A stretch of 64,000 nucleotides of DNA from an uncultured Chloroflexia bacterium (lineage in GTDB: Bacteria; Chloroflexota; Ktedonobacteria; Ktedonobacterales; JADMIN01), in contig CAWAWP010000003.1 in assembly GCA_963785845.1 (NCBI GenBank), forward strand, positions 29,324 to 93,323, in the 5' to 3' direction. The translations under genes were made by a program, and so were the position numbers. Shown here in pieces: positions 54,622-63,851 of this stretch (position 1 is the stretch's first letter; the number at the start of each line of letters is the position of its first letter). Under the pieces are notes generated by a model, which had not been told where the DNA came from, ran no database searches, and saw only the letters and a list, made by a program, of their open reading frames with translations.

Positions 54622-55973
54622 CGCTCAATGTGGCCGCTCGCACGTCCCACCATGCACCCTCCACGCTCGTGCGGCGATTGTTTCGTCGTGACCGAATGCC
54701 TCACACCGAAACAGCCGCCCTGGGTCAACGAGATCTCCCGGCCCTGGACGGTGTCCGCGCCGTCGCCGTCATCTCCGTAGTGGTGTACCACCTGTGGAAT
54801 GCCACAAATTGGGGCAAGTCCGTGGGGCCCGTACTGCTCGTCCCCGTCGCCTTCGGCTTTGCTGGAGTGCTACTCTTTTTCGTGCTCTCCGGGTTCTTGC
54901 TCTTCCTGCCCTATGCTCAATCCCTACTGCACGGCAGCCCTTGGCCCTCCCCCTGGCGCTTCTACCGACGTCGAGCGCTCCGCATTCTCCCAGTCTATTT
55001 TGCGTGCCTCGCGACGCTGGCGGCGCTGCTCGCCGTGCTCGGTTTTCTGAACGTACGTGTCTGGGAATCGCTTGGCCTCTTGGCGCTGCTCATCCCCAAT
55101 CTCTCCACCACCGCATCACGATTCGTCGCGGTAATCGATGGGCCCTTGTGGACGCTCGCCTTAGAGTGGCAATTCTACCTCATGTTGCCGTGGCTCGCGC
55201 TGGCCCTCAAGCGCATCTGTCAGAACAGCCACAGACATAAACTGCTCAGATTGCTCGCCGCTCTGATAGGCATCGCTGCGCTTGGACTGGCAACGCGTCT
55301 CCTGGCCGCTTACGCATACTTTCGTGTCGGCTCTGCCGTACCGATGGAAGCTCCTGGTTTACTTGGGCTCACGCTGCGAGTGGTCTACGGCTACTTCGGG
55401 CGATACCTCGAAGTCTTCGCGCTTGGGATGTTGCTCAGCGTCTTGTACGTTGCGCTCTTCGAGAGCGGCCGCATTGCGAAACTCTGGTCTAGCCGTCTTG
55501 GCCTTGCCTCCCTGGCGCTCTCAGGCGTCACCCTGTTCGTCTGCATGTTGTGGTCCGAAACAACGCACGTACTCACCGCGCCAGACATCTGGGCGTTCTC
55601 TTCTCCGCGTGGAGCCCCATGGCTCGTGATTGGCATCTGGGTGACAGGTCTTGCGTTCGCCCTTCTTATGTTCGGCGTCCTAGTTGGCCCGCCGATCGTG
55701 CGAGTGCTCTTCGCGCTGCCCCCATTACGCTTCATTGGGCGCATCTCGTACAGCGTTTATCTCTGGCACATCCCCATTTTTCACATCGTAGGGAATGCCG
55801 TTCCAGCGCTGGCGGTCACGTTCACCGTCTCGGTGGCGACGTACTACGTCATCGAGCGGCCGTTCCTCAACCGCCGTTACTCGTCTTCACGAAAGATCCA
55901 GTCCCTCGCGGACCCAATAGATTTAGCGCCTCCCATACAAGGGCCGCTTAATATGAGGCCCCACACAGCATAG
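54618..55973 (+). CDS. Acyltransferase family 3 (OafA/YrhL-like) membrane protein
   Basis: 'LPALDGVRAVAVISVVVYHLW', 'FFVLSGFLLFLPY', '..WTLALEWQFYLMLP'. Start ATG 54618 is translationally coupled. Confidence 0.88.
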   Translation: MTLNVAARTSHHAPSTLVRRLFRRDRMPHTETAALGQRDLPALDGVRAVAVISVVVYHLWNATNWGKSVGPVLLVPVAFGFAGVLLFFVLSGFLLFLPYAQSLLHGSPWPSPWRFYRRRALRILPVYFACLATLAALLAVLGFLNVRVWESLGLLALLIPNLSTTASRFVAVIDGPLWTLALEWQFYLMLPWLALALKRICQNSHRHKLLRLLAALIGIAALGLATRLLAAYAYFRVGSAVPMEAPGLLGLTLRVVYGYFGRYLEVFALGMLLSVLYVALFESGRIAKLWSSRLGLASLALSGVTLFVCMLWSETTHVLTAPDIWAFSSPRGAPWLVIGIWVTGLAFALLMFGVLVGPPIVRVLFALPPLRFIGRISYSVYLWHIPIFHIVGNAVPALAVTFTVSVATYYVIERPFLNRRYSSSRKIQSLADPIDLAPPIQGPLNMRPHTA

Positions 55974-56314
55974 GAAGGCGCTAAACCAGACGGCATTACT
56001 GCTGTGCCCCACGACGCATGCATGCCAGCGCGCATAGCGGTGTTGCGCCAGGTGCAGTTCGCGGAAATCGGCAGAAGACGTACTCGTATCAGCGCATGTC
56101 GGCACGCCGCCAGAAAGGCTCTTCCGCAACAAAGCGCCTGCACCATCTGTGATCCCTTGACCCGGCCGTGGCTCGGCTCGCGCCACCCGTCCCTTTGTAC
56201 AGCATCATACTGGACGGCCGTGCAACGTGGCGGGCGTCTCCCTGCCGTACAATGAGCGTGTGGCTCCGAGTACTGCTCACGTTGGGCTCGGCCAGGACGA
56301 AAGCAGGCAAAATC

Positions 56315-57451
56315 ATGTCAAACGAGCAAGAGCAACATACTCCGACGGCGTTGATCACCGGCGCGTCGCGCGGACTCGGCGAGGCGCTGGCCCGCGCGCT
56401 GGCTGCCCAGGGCTGGGCACTGCTGATTGACGCACGCGGGGCGGATGATCTCGAGGCCGTCCGGATGGACCTTGCGCGCCAGACGCACGTCATTGCCATC
56501 CCTGGAGACGTGATCGATCCCATCCACCGGCGCGCGCTCGCCGCGGCAGCGGAGTCGCTCGGCGGACTTGATGCCGTGGTCAACAACGCCAGCATCCTCG
56601 GACCAAGTCCACTCCCCTCCCTGCTCGATCATCCCCTTGAAGCGTTGGAGCAGGTCTATCGCGCCAACGTCATCGCGCCATTGGGCGTCTTGCAGGCCGT
56701 GCGTGGTTCCCTGCGGCCCGGCGCGCGCATCCTCAACATCACCAGCGATGCCGGGGTCGAGGCCTACGAGGGCTGGGGCGGCTACGGTTCGAGCAAGGCC
56801 GCACTCGAACAACTCTCGCATATCCTTGCGGCAGAGCAGCCCGACTGGCATGTCTACTGGGTCGATCCCGGCGACATGCGGACGGCGATGCATCAGGCCG
56901 CATTCCCCGGCGAAGACATCAGCGACCGTCCTCTGCCGCAAGAAAGCGTGCCGGGCCTCCTGGACCTGCTCACCGGCGACCATCCCAGCGGACGCTATCA
57001 GGCGCGTGCCCTTCCAGCCACCGCGGCCCACGTACGAGGCGTGAACGAACTGCGCGTCGCCCTCACCGTCGACGACTTCGACCGACATGTCACGCTCTAC
57101 CGCGACGGCTTCGGTCTCGAGACGGTCAAGGAGTGGCGCTCGCCAGAGGGGCGCGGCATCGTGCTCGCCGCCGGTCGCGGCACCGTGGAACTTCTCGATC
57201 GCGCCGACGCTGAGTATACCGACGAGGTCGAGGCGGGGCGACGTATCTCTGGTCCCGTGCGGCTTGCCTTCGAGGTAGCAGACGTCCGCGCGACATCGTC
57301 GTCGCTCCAGGCACATGGAGCCGAGGCGCTGCGCGACCCATTGCAGACCACCTGGGGCGACCTCAATCAGCGCCTCCAGGCCCCCGACGGCATGCAAATC
57401 TCCCTCTTTCAGATCAGCGAGTCGCCTACACAGAAGACGGAAGACCAGTGA
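56315..57451 (+). CDS. Short-chain dehydrogenase/reductase fused to a VOC/glyoxalase-like domain
   Basis: 'ALITGASRGLGEALARAL' (TGxxxGxG), 'NNAS', 'YGSSKAALEQL' (YxxxK). C-terminal ~125 aa 'LRVALTVDDFDRHVTLYRDGFGLE..VRLAFEV' is VOC-like. Confidence 0.85.
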   Translation: MSNEQEQHTPTALITGASRGLGEALARALAAQGWALLIDARGADDLEAVRMDLARQTHVIAIPGDVIDPIHRRALAAAAESLGGLDAVVNNASILGPSPLPSLLDHPLEALEQVYRANVIAPLGVLQAVRGSLRPGARILNITSDAGVEAYEGWGGYGSSKAALEQLSHILAAEQPDWHVYWVDPGDMRTAMHQAAFPGEDISDRPLPQESVPGLLDLLTGDHPSGRYQARALPATAAHVRGVNELRVALTVDDFDRHVTLYRDGFGLETVKEWRSPEGRGIVLAAGRGTVELLDRADAEYTDEVEAGRRISGPVRLAFEVADVRATSSSLQAHGAEALRDPLQTTWGDLNQRLQAPDGMQISLFQISESPTQKTEDQ

Positions 57452-58579
57452 CCAAAACTGTGCACTTGGATCGCGAAGCGCCGCGCGCCACTCGACCACG
57501 CGGCGGAGCCAACAGCGATCCGCTCGACTTTTCGCTGCCGCCCGAGCTTGAGGCGAGCGAGCCACCGGAGGCCCGCGGGCTGGCGCGCGACGAGGTCCGC
57601 CTGATGGTCTCGTATCGCGCCAGCGACCGCGTGCTGCATTTGCGCTTCCGTCAGATCGGCGACGTCCTGCTCCCCGGCGACCTGCTAGTGCTCAACACCA
57701 GTGGCACACTCAATGCCGCCATACACGCCACGCGCGCCGACGGCACGCCGCTCGAACTGCACCTCTCGACCCACCTGCACACCGATCGCTGGACGGTGGA
57801 ATTGCGCCGCCCGACCGAGCGCGGTAGTGCGCCATGCCGCGATGGCGCGGCCGGTGAGACCCTGCGCCTTCCCGGCGGCGCGACGGCGACCCTGCTAACG
57901 CCTTACGCGCGGCACGGCGCCGATCGCCAGCGCGTCGCTGCCACCACCCGCCTATGGGTCGCCACCCTCGCGCTGCCATCCCCGCTCCACGCCTACCTCG
58001 AACAGCACGGTTTCCCCATCCGCTACGGCTACGTCAAAGAGGCGTGGCCCGCCAGCTACTATCAGACCGCCTACGCGACCGAGTTGGGCAGCGCCGAGAT
58101 GCCTTCGGCTGGCCGCGCCTTCACCCCAGAGTTGCTCACCAGCCTCGCCGCGCAAGGCGTGCGGTTCGCGCCGTTGCTGCTGCACACCGGCGTCGCCAGC
58201 CTCGAAGACCATGAGCCGCCTTACGACGAGCAGTATCGCGTACCGGAAGAAACCGCACGAGCGGTCAACGCGGCGCGCGCCGAGGGCAGGCGCGTCATCG
58301 CCGTCGGCACCACCGTCGTCCGGGCCCTGGAAACCGTCGCGGACGCCGGCGGCATCGCCCGTCCAGGAGAAGGATGGACGTCTTTAATCGTGACGCCTGA
58401 ACGCGGCGTGCGTGTCGTCGATGGACTGCTCACCGGCCTCCACGAGCCGCGCGCCTCGCATCTGGCGATGCTCGAAGCCATTGCCGGTCCGCCCACACCT
58501 CCGCGTCGCCTACGCCGCGGCGCTCCGCGAACGCTACCTCTGGCACGAGTTCGGCGACCTCCACCTAATCCTCCCGTAA
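57448..58579 (+). pseudogene. S-adenosylmethionine:tRNA ribosyltransferase-isomerase (QueA)-family gene with +1 frameshift near 58492-58495
   Basis: 'DFSLPPELEASEPPE..RDEVRLMV', 'GDLLVLNTS', 'VIAVGTTVVRALE', 'LTGLHEPRASHLAMLEAIAGP'. The conserved tail 'HLRVAYAAALRERYLWHEFGDLHLILP*' lies in the +1 frame, ending at TAA 58577-58579. The GTG start overlaps the SDR stop (GTGA). Confidence 0.85.
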
Positions 58580-58769
58580 CAACACGCCACCGGCGCGCAA
58601 GGATCGGCAACAGCGCCGGCACTGTGCTCAGTTGCGCCAAGCGGCAGGCGCATCTGGTCCGCATCGTGCAATTCAGCCATTGCGACCCCACAACGCTGCC
58701 GCGGCGACCGCATAGCCGGCAGCCCATGCCCAACCCAGAGCGACGACCACAAGGAAGAGAGTGCTTTCA

Positions 58770-60905
58770 ATGGCCGTGCCCAATATGCCCGCGGCGGACC
58801 ACTCCGCAAAGGCGCGACCGCACCAGAATCTGCCGGACTCCTCAACGGAGAGCGGCGCGCCAGGTCAGGCTGACCCAGTCGCGCGGAGCGACGACGGGCG
58901 CATTTCATTGCTCGGGCGTGGACCGATCTTCCTCGGCAGCGCGCCGACAAACACGATAGTCGTCGACGATCCCAGCGTCGCGCCACAGCAGGCGGAGATC
59001 AAGGTGCGGCGCGACGGGCGCATCGAGATTCGCGATGTCGCCAACGGAGCCACACTCGTCAACGGGCGGCCCGTCCAGCGCGACAACCTGCTCTCCGGCG
59101 CCGAAATCCGCCTCGGCACCCAGCGTTTTGTGCTCGATGGCACCGATCTCATCCCGCTGCACGACGCCGGCGGGATGCGCGTCGACGCTATACACCTCGA
59201 ACAACTTGCCGAGCGCGGCGGGCTCGTCGGATCACGCAAAGTGCTGCTCGACGATGTCTCGCTCACCTTGCTACCCGGGTCGTTCGTCGCTATCGTCGGG
59301 GCTTCAGGTGCCGGCAAGACCACGTTGCTGCGCGCCCTCAGCGGCCAAGTGCCGCCGACGAGTGGCCAGGTACTCTATAACGGGCGCGACCTCTTCACGC
59401 ACCAACGCGAACTCAGCAACGCGCTGGGCTACGTCCCGCAGGACGACATCGTCCACAAAAACCTGTCGGTCGAGCGCGCGCTTTTCTATGCGGGGCGGCT
59501 GCGGCTCCCCAAGGGCACGAGCCACGCCCAGATTGCGGAGCGCGTTCGCCAGGTGTTGAACGACGTCGACTTGATGGATCAGCGCAAGCAACTCGTCGCC
59601 CAACTTAGTGGGGGCCAGCGCAAGCGCGTCAACATCGCGCTGGAATTGCTTGCGCGCCCGGCGGTCTTCTTTCTCGACGAGCCGACCTCCGGCCTCGATC
59701 CTGGCCTCGACCTGAAAATGATGACGCTCTTGCGCCGCCTGGCGGATCGCGGCCAGACCGTCGTACTCGTCACGCACGCCACCACCAATATCGACCTCTG
59801 CGACGCGGTGTGCTTCCTCGCGCCGAACGGTCGTCTCGCCTACTACGGCCCACCGGAGCGGCTCAAAGAGCACTTCGGCACCGGGAACTATGCCGACATC
59901 TACAACGCGCTCTACGAGTCCCCGGACGACTGGGTCGCGCGCTTCCGCCAGTCGACGGACTACGTGCAAAACGTCGAGAGCCCACGGTTGCAGTCCGAGG
60001 ACATGGCGCGCGCGGGGGCGACCGAGCCAGCCATCGCGCCGGGCGAGACAGACACATTTCACCCGATCGGCGCCTTCCATCAGTTCCTCATCCTGACACG
60101 CAGATACCTCGTGCTCTTCGCCCACGACCCCATCAATCTTTTGATCCTCCTCGCGCAGGCGCCAATCATCGCTGGACTGGTGACGGTGCTTGCCGAGCGT
60201 CACTCGCTCCACGACGTGATGGCCCCCGCCAACCCCGCAGTGCATATGGACTTCGTTGCGCAACGCACGCTCTTCATCCTGTCCTGCTCGGCGATCTGGT
60301 TCGGCATCATCAATGCCGCTCGCGAGATCGTCAAGGAGAAGGCCATCTACCTGCGCGAGCGCGCCGTCAACCTGGGCATCCTGCCGTACGTGATGTCGAA
60401 GGTGGTCGTGCTTGGCGCGCTCTGCGCCATTCAATCGTTCGTCCTGCTCGCCATCGTCGGGACCAAGTCTGGCTACCCGCCGAGGGGCATCCTCTGGCCC
60501 GGTACCAATGGGTCCTTCGCTGAGCTGTACATCTCGCTGGTACTCATGGCGCTCGCCGGCCTGATGCTTGGGCTGCTCGTCTCCGCGCTGGCGCCCACCA
60601 CCGATCGCGCGCTGAGCATCGTGCCCATCATCCTGATCCCGCAGATCCTCTTCTCGAACGTGATCTTCTCGCTCTCTGACCCCGTAAGCAAGTGGATTAG
60701 CTATTTCATGCCCTCACGTTGGGGCATGCAGGCGACGGGCAGCATCGTGCGTATCTCTGACGCCCGCGCGGAGCTTGATATCCCGTTCTATCGTGCAGAC
60801 ACGCAACACCTGCTCGCCTTCTGGGGTGCGCTCGTGGGCCTGGCGCTCCTCTTCTTTCTGCTGACGCTGTTCTTCCAGAAAGCCAAGGATCGGCGACAGG
60901 AATAG
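58770..60905 (+). CDS. FHA-domain / ABC ATPase / ABC-2 permease fusion exporter (Rv1747-like architecture)
   Basis: FHA 'ISLLGRGPIFLGSAPTNTIVVDDPSVAPQQAEIKVRRDGRIEIRDVANGATLVNGRPV'. Walker A 'GASGAGKTTLL', signature 'LSGGQRKRVNIALELL', Walker B 'VFFLDEPTSGLD'. About 6 C-terminal TMs. ATG 58770 after AGGAAG. Confidence 0.92.
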   Translation: MAVPNMPAADHSAKARPHQNLPDSSTESGAPGQADPVARSDDGRISLLGRGPIFLGSAPTNTIVVDDPSVAPQQAEIKVRRDGRIEIRDVANGATLVNGRPVQRDNLLSGAEIRLGTQRFVLDGTDLIPLHDAGGMRVDAIHLEQLAERGGLVGSRKVLLDDVSLTLLPGSFVAIVGASGAGKTTLLRALSGQVPPTSGQVLYNGRDLFTHQRELSNALGYVPQDDIVHKNLSVERALFYAGRLRLPKGTSHAQIAERVRQVLNDVDLMDQRKQLVAQLSGGQRKRVNIALELLARPAVFFLDEPTSGLDPGLDLKMMTLLRRLADRGQTVVLVTHATTNIDLCDAVCFLAPNGRLAYYGPPERLKEHFGTGNYADIYNALYESPDDWVARFRQSTDYVQNVESPRLQSEDMARAGATEPAIAPGETDTFHPIGAFHQFLILTRRYLVLFAHDPINLLILLAQAPIIAGLVTVLAERHSLHDVMAPANPAVHMDFVAQRTLFILSCSAIWFGIINAAREIVKEKAIYLRERAVNLGILPYVMSKVVVLGALCAIQSFVLLAIVGTKSGYPPRGILWPGTNGSFAELYISLVLMALAGLMLGLLVSALAPTTDRALSIVPIILIPQILFSNVIFSLSDPVSKWISYFMPSRWGMQATGSIVRISDARAELDIPFYRADTQHLLAFWGALVGLALLFFLLTLFFQKAKDRRQE

Positions 60906-60941
60906 CCCGCGAGCGCAGCCGCGCCCGTTCACGCCCTCTCG

Positions 60942-61862
60942 TCACGCCTGCCAGACGTCTGAGATCGTATGGGCGCTTGCGGCCTTTCCGGTATTTTGGA
61001 TCCCTTCGAGCGCCTCAATGGTGCGCAACACGTCATAGTGGTTAACCGACTCGCCATACTGGCCCGTATGGACGTGCGCTCCGGCGAAGAACGTCAAGAT
61101 GTGGTTGCCGCTGCCGCCGTCATCCTCATCCCACGTGACGATCAACAGGCTGTTATGCGTCTGCGCCCATTGGCTGTAGGCGTCCATCTGCGTGCGCAAC
61201 CAGTCGTCGGCGGCGGCGATGCTCCCCGAGTGCATGTCGTTGCGCTGGTTCGGCACGACGAACGCAACCGATGGCAGACTGGTGAAGTCGCTGGGAAACG
61301 CGCTAAACGGCAAATTGCTCGACGCGGGTACGTCGGAGAAGTTTGACCAGGGGTTATGCTTCCGCGCGTAGTCTGGGGTGCTGTCGCTACTGCTGCATCC
61401 CATGAATCCTGCCGCTGGCATGCTTTCGGAGTACCCCGCGAACGACTTACCGCTGGCGAGCAGCTCGCCGCCGAGGTTCGGCGCGTTGAAGCTCTGCGGG
61501 CAGGCATCGCTATCGACCCCGAAGGTCGAGCCCGCGAAGAGCGCCAGATAGTTCGGCTCGCTGGGATGCGTCACCGCGTGGCTATTCGTGAAGGTCGCGG
61601 CGTGACTCGCCAGCGTGTTGATGTACGGCGCGTCAGACGAGCCATGAATATCGCTATAGCCGTGATTCTCCTCAATGACGACGACGATATGGTCGAAGGC
61701 TGGCAGCGTCTTCGATGGCGTCTGGTGCACAGTGGCGGTCGCATTTGCCGCCGGCGTGTTTCCGGCGGTACCCGACGTCGCCGTGCTGCCCCCACACGCG
61801 GCGGCGCCGAGCGCTACGAAACAGAGCAAAGCGGCTCCCCACCCGTGGTGATATCGCGCCAT
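60942..61862 (-). CDS. Phosphoesterase-family (acid phosphatase/phospholipase C-like) lipoprotein
   Basis: Lipobox 'ALGAAAC'. 'FDHIVVVIEENHGYSDI', 'THPSEPNYLALFAG', 'VVPNQRNDMHSG'. Start trimmed to ATG 61862. Confidence 0.85.
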   Translation of the reverse strand: MARYHHGWGAALLCFVALGAAACGGSTATSGTAGNTPAANATATVHQTPSKTLPAFDHIVVVIEENHGYSDIHGSSDAPYINTLASHAATFTNSHAVTHPSEPNYLALFAGSTFGVDSDACPQSFNAPNLGGELLASGKSFAGYSESMPAAGFMGCSSSDSTPDYARKHNPWSNFSDVPASSNLPFSAFPSDFTSLPSVAFVVPNQRNDMHSGSIAAADDWLRTQMDAYSQWAQTHNSLLIVTWDEDDGGSGNHILTFFAGAHVHTGQYGESVNHYDVLRTIEALEGIQNTGKAASAHTISDVWQA

Positions 61863-62100
61863 CAACGTATGAACCTGTGCCACAAATCCCCCCCAAAACA
61901 CCGCACGGATAAGCCACTGCAGCGTATCCCAACGCCCCGAAAGTGCTGTATGAGGCTCGCCGTGAGAAACATCTCACCAAATGCCAACAGCGTTCCAAAC
62001 TTTGGCCATTATAGTCACCGACGTGCAGGGTGAGCGGCATGCGATGGCGGCTACCCGCACCACGGCAACACCACGAGGAAAGCCTGAAAGGAGCACAAAC

Positions 62101-62334
62101 ATGATTATGTGGGATAGAGCGCTCGAACGGGTACGGGCGAGCAGCCAGGTCCGCGAGAGCCGTAGGTCGCCAGGCAACGACGTGAGCCGCGCTTTCGACC
62201 GCGTCGTGCTGGCGGACGGTTCACTCTATAGCGTGCCACGCAACAACCTGGCCGCCGCGAAAGGGCTGCTGGCTGCCCAGAATGCCATCGCGCGGCGCAT
62301 GCGGGCCGAACGCGAGATGCCCACGCCGCGTTAA
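62101..62334 (+). CDS. Hypothetical small protein (77 aa)
   Basis: AAGGAG RBS (62088-62093) 7 nt before ATG 62101. 'MIMWDRALERVRASSQVRES..LYSVPRNNLAAAKGLLAAQNAIARRMRAE'. No family recognised. Confidence 0.4.
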   Translation: MIMWDRALERVRASSQVRESRRSPGNDVSRAFDRVVLADGSLYSVPRNNLAAAKGLLAAQNAIARRMRAEREMPTPR

Positions 62335-62597
62335 CCAACTGTGTCGGGTCGAGGGCAACGCCGCCACATACTCCTGGCGCGCAAGGGCACAGATGGCACC
62401 GAACGCGATCCAGTGGCGAGCGGGACCATTTCTCGCTCGCCTCGCCGTGTTTCTGGCGGCGATGTGTGGCCCGCGACACAATCTCGCGGCGACTGCTAAC
62501 CTAAGCGTCACCACCCAACGTATTGCATAAAGACAACCACGGCGAGTCTGCGCAAGGACTCTGCTTCGAGCCGATAGAGAATCGGGAGAGACATCAC

Positions 62598-62906
62598 ATG
62601 GGCACCCGGCGGGAGGATACGCTCGACATGCTAACGGCGCCAACGAAGAATTCAGAGTCAGCGCGGGCTGCCTCAAGCGGCCGCATGGACGAGCGCGAAG
62701 CGACCCTCTTAGCTGAAGAGTTCGCGCGCCTGCTCACCGATGAAGCGGCGGCGCCCAAGGGTTATCTGCTCTCCATCGCACCCCATCAACTGGTGGTGCG
62801 CGACCTCGACGACGTGCGCGCTACTATCCGCACCGGGCTTGTCGCCGACGATCTCCCTCACGCCCGCGCGTCGTTGAGCAAACTTGCGCGCCTGCTCGGC
62901 ATCTAG
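62598..62906 (+). CDS. Hypothetical small protein (102 aa)
   Basis: GGGAGAG 7 nt before ATG 62598. 'EREATLLAEEFARLLTDEAAAPKGYLLSIAPHQLVVRDLDDVRATIRTGL'. No family recognised. Confidence 0.4.
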   Translation: MGTRREDTLDMLTAPTKNSESARAASSGRMDEREATLLAEEFARLLTDEAAAPKGYLLSIAPHQLVVRDLDDVRATIRTGLVADDLPHARASLSKLARLLGI

Positions 62907-63192
62907 CGAGAGCGTGTCGAAGTGACCGCCATGTCCCCACCTCTGGGCGGCACATCGCCCATTAGACCGATCAGTGGCGCGCCTCGAAGCCTGGGGCCCT
63001 CAGCAGGATTCGAGCGCGACCTCGACATCCAGCGCCATATCCCCTTAGACCGCTGGCTTCTACCCGCATCCCTCACGTGCCGAGGTAGGCGCGGACCTAC
63101 TGCCACTTCCTCACCTGGGTGCCGCGCCTCCACCTGCCCCACGTGACACGCCCGCCGCGTTGGCCATGCCATGCGTCAGCGGGCGCGTGTGC

Positions 63193-63212
63193 AGATCTAG
63201 CGAGATCTAGCG
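63193..63212. repeat. Perfect tandem duplication AGATCTAGCG x2
   Basis: 63193-63202 equals 63203-63212. The second copy contains the stop codon (cta 63207-63209) of the ferric-reductase-like gene. Confidence 0.9.
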
Positions 63213-63851
63213 CGTCGGGCCAGCGGACGGAGCACCATGCGGCGCGTAGCCGGGCCGCAACGACTGCCCACCACGGACGCGAGCATCCCTCTGCGCTGCC
63301 GCCCGCTTCTCAGTGGCGGCCTGCGAGCGCCTGGTGAGCCGCAGCGCGATCAGCGCGCCGACGACGCCGACGCTGCCGAAATACAGCGCGATCGCCCACC
63401 AGCTCGCGGAATCCGAGCCGGTAAGGATGCCATGGGCGGTCACCAGGAGATAGAGCGCGAAAGTCAGCACATGCAGGCGGCGCCACATTGCATAGCCGAT
63501 CTTCGGGCGCAGCCATGTGCTCAGGCCGATGGCAATGCCCAGGTACAACGCGAGGATGCCGAGGGCCATCCAGATCGGGCGGTAGTGGCTGACGAACGGC
63601 AGCAGCACCTCGCCCAGACCGAACTTGGTGAACGGGTCGAGCGCGACAGCGAGAACGTGTACGCCAACGAAGACCGCGGCCAAGAGTGTCAGGTAGTTAT
63701 GCAACTCGTTGTTGATGATGCGCGGCCAGCGCAGTGATTGGAACTGGAGCGTCATCGCCAGCCCAGCCACGACAGAGAACGTCACCAAGAGATAAGCGGT
63801 CATGCCGCCCGCGCGGGCCACTTCCCACGTAATCGCTTCCCAGGTGTTCAT
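63207..63851 (-). CDS. Ferric reductase-like transmembrane domain protein (MsrQ/YedZ-like heme-binding fold)
   Basis: Six hydrophobic helices with spaced His ('NNELHNYL', 'VFVGVHVLAV', 'RRLHVLTF', 'LLVTAHGIL'). Start trimmed to ATG 63851, overlapping the upstream gene stop (ATGA). Confidence 0.8.
   Translation of the reverse strand: MNTWEAITWEVARAGGMTAYLLVTFSVVAGLAMTLQFQSLRWPRIINNELHNYLTLLAAVFVGVHVLAVALDPFTKFGLGEVLLPFVSHYRPIWMALGILALYLGIAIGLSTWLRPKIGYAMWRRLHVLTFALYLLVTAHGILTGSDSASWWAIALYFGSVGVVGALIALRLTRRSQAATEKRAAAQRDARVRGGQSLRPGYAPHGAPSAGPTR

Noticed and set aside
57448-58959. 503-aa version of the queA-like ORF
   Set aside because: Residues after '..LEAIAGP' turn into an Arg/Pro-rich tail with no similarity. 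The conserved QueA C-terminus is in the +1 frame and stops at 58579.
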